Source of the DNA: an uncultured Actinomycetes bacterium
GTDB taxonomy: Bacteria; Actinomycetota; Thermoleophilia; Solirubrobacterales; Solirubrobacteraceae
Length of the DNA stretch: 64,000 bases
Direction: 5' to 3'
Assembly: GCA_963806015.1 (NCBI GenBank)
Contig: CAWDWM010000008.1
Location: forward strand, 57,337 to 121,336
The notes below the pieces were generated by a model that was not told the DNA's origin, did not search any database, and saw nothing but the letters and a program-made list of their open reading frames with translations. The position numbers were made by a program, and so were the translations under genes. This document shows positions 8,505 through 16,169 of the stretch, piece by piece. Positions within the stretch are counted from its first letter, which is position 1. Every line of letters begins with the position of its first letter.

Positions 8505-8948
8505 GTGACCGTTTCACGCCTGACTCCCGCCGTCCAGGCCGAGACTCCCGCCGCCGCGGCAGCGGCTCTGCGGGCACGGGGCCTGAGGGTGTCGAGCGCG
8601 CGGCGCGAGCTGCTCGAGGCGCTGTACGCCGCCGAGCGGCCGCTCAGCGCGGACGAGCTCGCCGGCGGCGGCGACGTGGCCTCGGCGTATCGCAACCTCG
8701 AGGTGCTCGAGGACGTCGGCCTCGTGCGCCACGTCCATCTCGGCCACGGCCCCGGCCTCTATCACCCCGCCGGCCTCGAGCGTGAGTTCGTGGTCTGCGA
8801 GTCGTGCGGCGCCGTGCGCGCCGTCGCGCCCGCCGAGCTCGACGACGTCCGCGCGGCGGTGCACGACGCCGTCGGCTACCGCGCGCGCTTCACCCACTTC
8901 CCGCTCGCGGGCCTGTGCCCGGCGTGCGCGGCGAAGGGCGACGGATGA
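8505..8948 (+). CDS. Fur family transcriptional regulator (copy 1; Ni/Co-responsive Nur-like role inferred from context)
   Basis: Winged-helix N-terminus (SARRELLEALYAAERPLSADEL), the metal-site region HVHLGHGPGLYH, and CxxC pairs (CESCG, CPAC). GTG start. The stop overlaps the NiCoT start (ATGA). Confidence 0.8.
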   Translation: MTVSRLTPAVQAETPAAAAAALRARGLRVSSARRELLEALYAAERPLSADELAGGGDVASAYRNLEVLEDVGLVRHVHLGHGPGLYHPAGLEREFVVCESCGAVRAVAPAELDDVRAAVHDAVGYRARFTHFPLAGLCPACAAKGDG

Positions 8949-10040
8949 TCGCGCGCGCCCGCGGCGCGCTCAGCCCGGCCGAGTGGATGCGCGCGGGCTG
9001 CCTTGCCGCCGCGGTCCTCGGTCTGCACGTCGTCGGCTTCGGCCTGCTGTTCGGGTTCGTGGTCCCGCATCACTTCAGTCTCGGGGCGGGCGGTGCGTTC
9101 ACTGCCGGGGTGGGCCTGACCGCGTACACGCTGGGGATGCGCCACGCGTTCGACGCCGACCACATCGCGGCGATCGACAACACGACGCGCAAGTTCATGG
9201 GCGAGGGCCAGCGGCCGCTTGAGTGTCGGGTTCTTCTTCTCGCTGGGGCACTCGACGGTCGTCTTCGTCCTCGCGCTGCTCTTCGCGCTCGGCGTCCGCG
9301 CCCTGGCCGGCGACGTGCAGAACGATGGCTCGACGCTGCACACGGTCACCGGGCTGATCGGGACGGGCGTGTCCGGCACCTTCCTGTACCTGATCGCGGC
9401 GCTGAACCTGGTCGTGCTGGTGGGGATCGTGCGCGTCTTTCGCGACATGCGCCGCGGCGTCTACTGCGAGGATCAGCTGGAGGACCTGCTGCAGTCGCGC
9501 GGGCTGATGAACCGCTTCCTGGGCCGTTTCACCAGCGCGGTGCGCAAGCCGTGGCAGATGTATCCGCTGGGGATCCTCTTCGGGCTGGGGTTCGACACCG
9601 CGACCGAGGTGGCGCTGCTGTTCCTGGCCGCCGGCGCCGCGGGGGCGGGGCTGCCGTGGTACGCGATCCTCTGCCTACCGGTGCTGTTCGCGGCCGGCAT
9701 GTCGCTGCTGGACACGATCGACGGCTCGTTCATGAACTTCGCCTACGGCTGGGCCTTCTCGCAGCCCGTGCGCAAGGTCTTCTACAACATCACGGTGACC
9801 GGCCTGTCGGTGGCGGTCGCCCTCGTCATCGGCACGATCGAGCTGCTCTCGATCGCCGTCGAGCGCCTCGACCTGACGGGCGGCTTCTGGTCGTGGGTGG
9901 CCGGGATCGACCTCAACGCCGTGGGCTACATCGTGGTCGGCCTGTTCGTGGCGACCTGGGCGGTCGCGCTCGCCGTCTGGCGCTTCGGGCACCTCGAGGA
10001 ACGCTGGGCGCTGCCGGCGCCGTCGCGCGAGCGCGCCTAG
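8945..10040 (+). pseudogene. NiCoT (HoxN/NixA/NhlF family) nickel/cobalt permease, copy 1, interrupted by a +1 frameshift
   Basis: The N-terminal 91 codons sit in the frame of ORF 8804..10207 and carry the NiCoT signature RHAFDADHIAAIDN. The remainder is in ORF 9219..10040. Copy 2 reads ccgctgagcgtc where copy 1 reads ccgcttgagtgtc (extra t at 9219-9220). Confidence 0.85.
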
Positions 10041-10177
10041 CTCGCGTCGGGCCGAACTGCATCACCGAGGGGAGGAAGTCAGCAGCGGTCGGGGCGCCGG
10101 CGACTCCGCGGGGCGCGTGCATCGGGCACAGGTCGCGCGCCTTTCGAACGCCTCTCAAAGTGTCACGAGGGGGGTGG

Positions 10178-10212
10178 GCTGCATTAGCGAAGCATGCGTT
10201 CGCTTAAGCAGC
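10178..10212. promoter_or_regulatory. imperfect 35-nt inverted repeat in the lower-GC spacer between the two modules
   Basis: GCTGCATTAGCGAA-GCATGCG-TTCGCTTAAGCAGC. 12 of 14 outer positions pair and the centre contains the palindrome GCATGC. Whether it acts as a terminator, an operator or an RNA element is unknown. Confidence 0.3.
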
Positions 10213-10448
10213 ACACCCCTGTGGCCGGCGGCTGAATGTGTTGCGAGATGCACGCGAACTGCGCAGAAGCTGCGCGCCCGCGGAGCCCGCCCGCGCCCCG
10301 ACCGCCGGTAACTCCTCACCGTCGGTGAGCAGTTTGAGCCGCGCGTGGCGTTCTCGGAAGGTCGCAGTGATCCGCTCCTACAGGTCGTGCGCAATAGCAC
10401 CCAGAACGCGCCATGCGGGTGGGGCGCTCGACCAGGAGGAGAACTCTC

Positions 10449-10889
10449 GTGACCGTCCCTCACCTCATCCCTGCGATGGAGGCGTCGACCGCCCCTGCCG
10501 CCTTCGCCGCTGTTCGCGCCCACGGCCTGCGCCTGTCGTCCGCACGGCGCCTGCTGCTGCAGGCGCTCTTCGACGCCGACCGGCCGCTGAGCGCCGAGGA
10601 GCTCTCCGGCGATGGCGACGTGGCCTCGGCCTATCGCAACCTCGAGGTGCTCGAGGGCCTCGGGCTCGTCACCCACGTCCACCTCGGCCACGGCCCAGGG
10701 CGCTACCAGCCGGCCGGCCGGCCGCGCGAGTTCGTGGTGTGCGAGCGCTGCGGCGACGTCTCGCCGCTGTCGGCGGACGCCGTCGGCGCGGTGCGCCTGG
10801 CCGTGCTCGACGCGCTCGGCTACCGCGCGCGCTTCACCCACTTCCCCCTCGCCGGGGTGTGCCCGGTCTGCGTCTCGGAGGACGACTGA
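10449..10889 (+). CDS. Fur family transcriptional regulator (copy 2)
   Basis: Paralog of 8505..8948 (VTVPHLIP... versus VTVSRLTP...; shared DVASAYRNLEVLE, HVHLGHGPG, GYRARFTHFPLAG). GTG 10449 was chosen by alignment to copy 1. The ORF is open from 10413. Confidence 0.8.
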   Translation: MTVPHLIPAMEASTAPAAFAAVRAHGLRLSSARRLLLQALFDADRPLSAEELSGDGDVASAYRNLEVLEGLGLVTHVHLGHGPGRYQPAGRPREFVVCERCGDVSPLSADAVGAVRLAVLDALGYRARFTHFPLAGVCPVCVSEDD

Positions 10890-11983
10890 TGCTGACCCGC
10901 CTGCGCGCCTCGTTGAACCCGGCCGAGTGGGGCCGCGCCGGGGGGCTTGCCGCCGCCGTCATCGGCCTGCACGTCGTCGGCTTCGGGCTGCTGTTCGGCT
11001 TCGTCGTGCCGCATCACTTCAGTCTCGGGGCGGGCGGTGCGTTCACGGCCGGCGTCGGCCTCACGGCCTACACGCTGGGGATGCGCCACGCGTTCGACGC
11101 CGACCACATCGCGGCGATCGACAACACGACGCGCAAGTTCATGGGCGAGGGCCAGCGGCCGCTGAGCGTCGGGTTCTTCTTCTCGCTGGGGCACTCGACG
11201 GTCGTCTTCGTCCTCGCGCTGCTGTTCTCCGTCGGCGTCAAGGCGCTGGCCGGACCCGTAGGGGACGGCGGTTCCAGCCTGCACTCGGTCACCGGGCTGA
11301 TCGGGACGGGCGTGTCCGGCACCTTTCTGTACCTGATCGCGGCGCTGAACCTGGTCGTGCTGGTGGGGATCGTGCGCGTCTTTCGCGACATGCGCCGCGG
11401 CGTCTACTGCGAGGATCAGCTGGAGGACCTGCTGCAGTCGCGCGGGCTGATGAACCGCTTCCTGGGCCGTTTCACCAGCGCGGTGCGCAAGCCGTGGCAG
11501 ATGTATCCGCTGGGGATCCTCTTCGGGCTGGGCTTCGACACCGCGACCGAGGTGGCGCTGCTGTTCCTGGCCGCGGGCGCCGCGGGGGCGGGGCTGCCGT
11601 GGTACGCGATCCTCTGCCTACCGGTGCTGTTCGCGGCCGGCATGTCGCTGCTGGACACGATCGACGGCTCGTTCATGAACTTCGCCTACGGCTGGGCGTT
11701 CTCGCAGCCCGTGCGCAAGGTCTATTACAACATCACCATCACGGCGCTCTCGGTGGCCGTGGCGCTGCTCATCGGCACCATCGAGCTGCTCTCGATCGCG
11801 GCCGACAGGCTCAGCCTCGACGGAGGCTTCTGGTCGTGGGTGGCCGGGATCGACCTCAACGCCGTGGGCTACATCGTGGTCGGCCTGTTCGTGGCGACGT
11901 GGGCGGTGGCGCTCGCGGTCTGGCGCTTCGGGCGCCTGGAGGAGCGCTGGGCGTTGCCCGGCTCGGCTCCGGAGAGCGCGTAG
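10889..11983 (+). CDS. NiCoT (HoxN/NixA/NhlF family) nickel/cobalt permease, copy 2, intact
   Basis: ATG 10889 overlaps the Fur stop (TGATG). The 364-aa product carries RHAFDADHIAAIDN, FFFSLGHSTVV and LGFDTATE motifs and about 8 TM helices. Confidence 0.9.
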   Translation: MLTRLRASLNPAEWGRAGGLAAAVIGLHVVGFGLLFGFVVPHHFSLGAGGAFTAGVGLTAYTLGMRHAFDADHIAAIDNTTRKFMGEGQRPLSVGFFFSLGHSTVVFVLALLFSVGVKALAGPVGDGGSSLHSVTGLIGTGVSGTFLYLIAALNLVVLVGIVRVFRDMRRGVYCEDQLEDLLQSRGLMNRFLGRFTSAVRKPWQMYPLGILFGLGFDTATEVALLFLAAGAAGAGLPWYAILCLPVLFAAGMSLLDTIDGSFMNFAYGWAFSQPVRKVYYNITITALSVAVALLIGTIELLSIAADRLSLDGGFWSWVAGIDLNAVGYIVVGLFVATWAVALAVWRFGRLEERWALPGSAPESA

Positions 11984-12018
11984 CGACGGCGCGGGAGCAC
12001 GCCCGGCAGAATCCGCGC

Positions 12019-12681
12019 GTGCTCCTGCTCTTCGACATCGACGGCACGCTGTTGCTGAAGGCCACCCGAGCGCATGCGCAGGCGGTGGTGGAGGCGGTGC
12101 GCGTCGTCTACGGCGTGGTGGAACCGCCGCCGCAGGTGCGGATCGAGGCGGCGGGACGCACAGACCTCGAGATCGCCCGGCAGCTCGCGCTGCTGGGCGG
12201 CGTCGGCGCGGAGCGCTTCGACGACGGCCGCGACGACTTCCGCGCGGCGGCGGTGGAGGCCTACGCGCGGATGGCCGAGGACGATCTGAGCGCTCACGTC
12301 GCGCCCGGCGTGACCGAGGTGCTCGAGACGCTGGCCGAGCGCGACGACGTGCGCCTGGCGGTGCTCACCGGCAACCTCGAGCCGATCGCGCACCTCAAGC
12401 TCGCCCGCGCGGGGCTCGGCCGCTTCTTCGCGCACGGGCAGGGCGGCTTCGGCTCCGACCACGAGGACCGCCTCGAGCTGCCGGCCATCGCCCGTGCCCG
12501 CGCGGGCGGCTATCCGCGCAAGCGGACCGTGATCATCGGCGACACACCGCGCGACATCGCCTGCGCGCGCGCCGACCGGGTGCGCTGCATCGCGGTGGCC
12601 ACGGGCCCGTTCACCGCCGCGCAGCTGGTGGACGCCGACGTCGTCCTCGCGAGCGCGCACGAATTGCTCGGGGCGCTCTGA
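12019..12681 (+). CDS. HAD superfamily hydrolase (phosphoglycolate-phosphatase-like)
   Basis: GTG 12019 gives VLLLFDIDGTLL (motif I DxDGT at the N-terminus). Later motifs are LAVLTGN and IGDTPRDI. It is the only start codon between the upstream stop and motif I. Confidence 0.8.
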   Translation: MLLLFDIDGTLLLKATRAHAQAVVEAVRVVYGVVEPPPQVRIEAAGRTDLEIARQLALLGGVGAERFDDGRDDFRAAAVEAYARMAEDDLSAHVAPGVTEVLETLAERDDVRLAVLTGNLEPIAHLKLARAGLGRFFAHGQGGFGSDHEDRLELPAIARARAGGYPRKRTVIIGDTPRDIACARADRVRCIAVATGPFTAAQLVDADVVLASAHELLGAL

Positions 12682-13423
12682 CCTCGGTCACGTCGCGCAG
12701 GGTGAGGGCCACGAAGGCGGAGTTGGTGACCAGATAGCGACGGAACAGCCGCCGCGGCTCCTGCGCCAGCCGGAAGGCCCATTCGAGCCCGAAGCGCTGC
12801 AGCAGCCGCGGCGCCCGCTTGGTCACCCCCGCGACGACGTCGACGGCGCCGCCCACGCCCATCGAGAACGGAACGTCGAGCTCGGCATTCCAGCGCCCCA
12901 GGAAGTACTCCTTGCGCGGGGTGGACATCGCGACGAACAGCAGATCCGGGCTCGCGGCACGGATCTCGGCCGCGACCGCCGGCTCCTCGGCCTCTGAGAA
13001 GTAGCCGTCGCGGTAGCCGGCGAAGACAAGGCTTGGGTGAAGCTCACGCAGCCGCGCGATCGCACGGTCGAGGACGTCCGTCTGGGCGCCGAGGAAGTAC
13101 ACGCGATAGCCGCGGCGCTCCGCGAGTGCCAGAAGCTCCAGCATCAGGTCGATGCCTGCGACCCTGGTGGGCAGCGGATCGCCCAGCAGCCGGGAGGCCC
13201 ACACCACGGCCTGGCCGTCGGCGGTGACGAGGTCGCAGCCGTCGACCAGCCGCCGTAGGGCCTCGTCACGGCGCATGGCCACGAGCTTCGCGGCGTTGAC
13301 GGCCATGTGCTGCGCGCCCGCCCGTGTGCTCACGTAGTCGTCACAGCGCCGCGCGGCCTCGCCCATGTCGACGCGGTCGATGGCGCAGCCGAGGACCTCC
13401 ACGCGATCGGCGAGCACGGTCAT
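12611..13423 (-). CDS. WecG/TagA/CpsF family glycosyltransferase
   Basis: Starts at the internal ATG 13423 of ORF 12611..14254 (MTVLADRVEVLGCAIDRV...). Family motifs DLVTADGQAVVWASRLLG, YRVYFLGA, LLFVAMSTPRKEY and GVGGAVDV are present. ATGA-coupled to wecB. The 3' end overlaps the convergent HAD gene by 71 nt. Confidence 0.85.
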   Translation of the reverse strand: MTVLADRVEVLGCAIDRVDMGEAARRCDDYVSTRAGAQHMAVNAAKLVAMRRDEALRRLVDGCDLVTADGQAVVWASRLLGDPLPTRVAGIDLMLELLALAERRGYRVYFLGAQTDVLDRAIARLRELHPSLVFAGYRDGYFSEAEEPAVAAEIRAASPDLLFVAMSTPRKEYFLGRWNAELDVPFSMGVGGAVDVVAGVTKRAPRLLQRFGLEWAFRLAQEPRRLFRRYLVTNSAFVALTLRDVTEVRAPRAIRARSRGRRRRPPAARR

Positions 13424-14535
13424 GCGGCGGCCTCCATGGGTTCGCCGCGGAGGGCCGCGGCAATGACGTCGGCCACCCGCCGGCCGGCGCGGCCGTCCCA
13501 TCCCTCGATGGTCGCCGGGCGGCGCTCCAGGGCATCGGGACGGATGCGCGCGATGGCCGCGGGATCGTCGCCGAGCAGGACGTTGGTCCCGTGGGTGATC
13601 GTGACCGGGCGCTCGGTGTTGCGGCGCAGCGTGAAGCAGGGAACGCCCAGCACGGCGGCCTCCTCCTGCACCCCGCCGGAGTCGGTCACGATCGCCGCGG
13701 CGCCGATCTCGAGGCCCAGGAAGTCGAGGTAGCCCAGCGGATCCAGGCAGCGGACGCCTGCGCCCTCGAGGCGGGACATGAGCCCATCGGCGCGCAGGCG
13801 CTCGACCGTGCGCGGATGGACGGGGAAGACGACGGGCACGGTTGCGGCCAGCGCCGCGAGTGCCGTCACGACGCGTCGCAGCTGGCCGGGCTCGTCGACG
13901 TTGGAGGGACGGTGCAGGGTGACGAGCACGTACTCGCCGCGCTGCAGGTCGAGCTGCCGCCATGGGCTGCGCTCGGCGGCACGTCCCTCGAAGCGCCGTA
14001 GCGAGTCGATCATCGTGTTGCCCACGAACCGGACCCGCTCCGCGTCGATCCCCTCTGCGGTCAGGTTCGTCACGGCCTCGGGGCTGTGCGTGAACAGCAG
14101 GTCGGCCATCCGATCGGTGAGGACCCGGTTGATCTCCTCGGGCATCGTCCAGTCGAACGAGCGCAGGCCGGCCTCGACATGGGCCACCGGGATGCCGAGC
14201 TTGGATGCGGCCAGCGTGGCGGCGAGCGTTGAGTTGACGTCGCCACCGACGCACACGAGATCGGGGCGCTCGTCGAGCAGGAGGCGCTCGAATGCCTCCA
14301 GCACGCGCGCCGTCTGCGCCCCGTGAGGTCCCGAACCGACGCCCAGGAAGACGTCGGGCTCAGGGAACCCGAGGTCCGCCAGCATCTCGGCCGACAGGCG
14401 CTCGTCGTAGTGCTGCCCGGTGTGGACCACCCGTTGGGTGACCTCAGGCCGGTCCGCCAGCGCCTCGATGACAGGGGCCATCTTGACGAAGTTCGGGCGC
14501 GCACCGACGACTTGGACCACGCATCCAGACGTCAT
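13420..14535 (-). CDS. wecB: UDP-N-acetylglucosamine 2-epimerase (non-hydrolysing)
   Basis: Starts at ATG 14535 (MTSGCVVQVVGARPNFVKMAPV...). Motifs HTGQHYD, GDVNSTLA, HVEAGLRSFD and TDSGGVQEEA are present. Confidence 0.9.
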   Translation of the reverse strand: MTSGCVVQVVGARPNFVKMAPVIEALADRPEVTQRVVHTGQHYDERLSAEMLADLGFPEPDVFLGVGSGPHGAQTARVLEAFERLLLDERPDLVCVGGDVNSTLAATLAASKLGIPVAHVEAGLRSFDWTMPEEINRVLTDRMADLLFTHSPEAVTNLTAEGIDAERVRFVGNTMIDSLRRFEGRAAERSPWRQLDLQRGEYVLVTLHRPSNVDEPGQLRRVVTALAALAATVPVVFPVHPRTVERLRADGLMSRLEGAGVRCLDPLGYLDFLGLEIGAAAIVTDSGGVQEEAAVLGVPCFTLRRNTERPVTITHGTNVLLGDDPAAIARIRPDALERRPATIEGWDGRAGRRVADVIAAALRGEPMEAAA

Positions 14536-14709
14536 CGGCCCATGACCCAAGCAGATCGTTTTGCCATCCGGAAGTCCGGGATGTGAACACTTTCGATCAT
14601 CACGAACTCCCGGAACATGGGGCATCGCGTGGCGTCGCGGCTATTCGCCCGCGCCTGTCAGCCGTCGAACCCACCGGGCTCGCGAGGCGGCGCGAAGCCC
14701 CGACCTATC

Positions 14710-15915
14710 ATGGCCGCGTCCATGGCCCTTCCGGCTGCCGAACAGCGCGACGACGCCCTGGCGGATCGCTGCCTCGACGCCGCGCTCGCCCTGAGCGAGT
14801 CGGCCGCGCGTGCCGACTTCCACGGGCCCGACCCCTTCGACGGGCTCTGGTGGCACTGGCCGCGCCCGCTCGTCGGCGGCCGGCGCCGCCGGCAGGCGAT
14901 CGCGCAGCTGCACGCGCGCTCGCCGTTCGACCTGCGCCGCCTCTATCGCCGCCGCCATCCGCGTACCGCGAAGGCACTCGGGGTCTTCGCCTCGGTCGAG
15001 GCGCGCGCGCAGCGCCTCACGCGCGCCGCTGCGCCTCGGGCCGGCGGACTGCGCGCCCTGCAGATCCTCGACGCCGACCGCGGCGCCGGACCGGACGGCT
15101 GGGGCTACCCGTGGGACGTGCAGACGCGGTGGAGCTTCTATCCGGCGGGCAGCCCGAACGTCGTCGTCACCGCCTTCGCGGCGAGCGGGCTGCTGGAGGG
15201 CGCCGCCGCTCTGGATCGGCGCGACCTCGCCGACCGTGCGCACGCGGCCGCGCGCTGGGTCCGCGACGAGCTCTGGATCGAGCCCGAGGGCTACTTCGCG
15301 TATCACGGGGGCCGGCCCGTGAACATCCACAACGCCAGCCTCCTGGGCGCGTGGTTGGTCGACGTCGCGGGTGGGGCGGATCCCCTCGCCCGGGAGCGGG
15401 TCTTTCGGGCCGTGCAGCGAACGCTCGACGCGCAGCGCCCCGATGGGTCGTGGCCGTACGGCGAGGGGCGCAACCTCGCCTGGGCGGACTCCTTTCACTC
15501 GGGCTACGTGCTGCTGTGCCTGGACCGCCTGCGCGCCGTGGACGGCCGCGTCAGCGAAGCGGTGCAGCGCGGCGCGGCGCACTACCGCGGGTTCTTCGAC
15601 GCATCAGGGCGCGCGCGACTCTGGGCGGACAAGGCATTCCCCGAGGATGCGCACTCGGCCGGCACGGGCCTGAGCACGCTGGGCGCCCTCGTACGGCGCG
15701 GGCTGGTCGAGCGCGAGCTGCTCGAGCGCGTGGCGCGACGCGTCCTCGATCACGGCCTGCGCGATGCGCGCGCCGTGCACCGGCGCTACCGCTGGGGCGC
15801 GACGACGGTGCGCTACCTGCGCTGGTGCGACGCGCACGTCGCACTGGGGCTCGTCGATGCCGCTGCGGCGTTGCGTGGGGTGGACGACCTCGCGCCGCCT
15901 CCGAGCGAACGCTAG
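14710..15915 (+). CDS. hypothetical protein, probable alpha/alpha-toroid (six-hairpin / prenyltransferase-like) fold
   Basis: Good codon bias over the ORF. Repeated hairpin-type motifs include GWGYPWDVQTRWSFYPAGSPNVVVTAF and QRPDGSWPYGEG...WADSFHSGYVLL. I did not recognise a catalytic family. The start is uncertain (ATG 14710; ORF open from 14617). Confidence 0.55.
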   Translation: MAASMALPAAEQRDDALADRCLDAALALSESAARADFHGPDPFDGLWWHWPRPLVGGRRRRQAIAQLHARSPFDLRRLYRRRHPRTAKALGVFASVEARAQRLTRAAAPRAGGLRALQILDADRGAGPDGWGYPWDVQTRWSFYPAGSPNVVVTAFAASGLLEGAAALDRRDLADRAHAAARWVRDELWIEPEGYFAYHGGRPVNIHNASLLGAWLVDVAGGADPLARERVFRAVQRTLDAQRPDGSWPYGEGRNLAWADSFHSGYVLLCLDRLRAVDGRVSEAVQRGAAHYRGFFDASGRARLWADKAFPEDAHSAGTGLSTLGALVRRGLVERELLERVARRVLDHGLRDARAVHRRYRWGATTVRYLRWCDAHVALGLVDAAAALRGVDDLAPPPSER

Positions 15916-16085
15916 GAGAAGCAGGAGGGCGCGTTCTGCGCCCCGCAACCCGAACCGATCGGGCTACCCTGGGGAACGTCGCTGAAGCCGCCGCCAACGA
16001 CGGCGGTCATCTCGACAAGATCGCCGTAGTCGCGAACTGTCGGCGGAACGTACGTCTTGCGCCCGGCTTGGTGCACATCGGCCAT
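15912..16085 (-). CDS. lasso peptide precursor (A peptide), 57 aa
   Basis: Hand-translated; it falls below the ORF-track size cut-off. Sequence: MADVHQAGRKTYVPPTVRDYGDLVEMTAVVGGGFSDVPQGSPIGSGCGAQNAPSCFS. GGGAG lies 9 nt upstream of the ATG. The leader fits YxxPxLxxxGxxxxxTx with Thr at -2. The core has a single Asp at position 8 and a C-terminal Ser. It lies 84 nt downstream of the cyclase gene on the same strand. Confidence 0.8.
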   Translation of the reverse strand: MADVHQAGRKTYVPPTVRDYGDLVEMTAVVGGGFSDVPQGSPIGSGCGAQNAPSCFS

Positions 16086-16169
16086 GCTTGATCACTCCCG
16101 TCGGAGTTCGACGCTCAGGACCCTAGAGCGGCGCCGCCTGTCCCGCAAGGGCACCGTTCGACGGACGCC

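Larger units (their letters stand above)
8505..11983 (+). repeat. tandem duplication of a Fur-regulator + NiCoT-permease module (8505-10040 and 10449-11983)
   Basis: Both modules have the same gene order and start/stop coupling. The regulators are clearly diverged. The permease genes contain long near-identical nucleotide blocks, for example 4 mismatches in about 420 nt for 9361-9780 versus 11304-11723, separated by divergent patches. Confidence 0.9.

Noticed and set aside
5483-8577. Long minus-strand ORFs 5483..6931 (482 aa) and 6604..8577 (657 aa)
   Set aside because: They are antisense to the TPR and NicO-like genes. Their translations are Arg/Gly/Pro/Ala-rich with no domains. The + strand genes carry signal peptides, TM helices and family signatures.
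10041-10448. A third full copy of the GTCGCAACTGC-N9-GCAGTTGCGAC palindrome upstream of the second Fur gene
   Set aside because: Only isolated half-site-like fragments are present (GAACTGCAT, GAACTGCGC, TCGCAGTGAT), and they lack the partner arm at the right spacing.
14710-15915. Idea that the alpha/alpha-toroid protein is a LanC-like cyclase acting on the two Cys of the precursor
   Set aside because: The zinc-ligand motifs of LanC (WCxG, CHG) are absent. The precursor has no obvious Dha/Dhb-forming enzyme partner (no LanB, LanM or LanKC-like gene) in the window.
15912-16085. Alternative core assignment starting at Gly31 (GGGFSD...)
   Set aside because: The only acidic core residue would then be at position 6, and that ring is too small for known lasso folds. 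It would also put the conserved Thr at -4 instead of -2. A Val start with Asp8 (or Asp7) is the consistent reading, although it is unusual.
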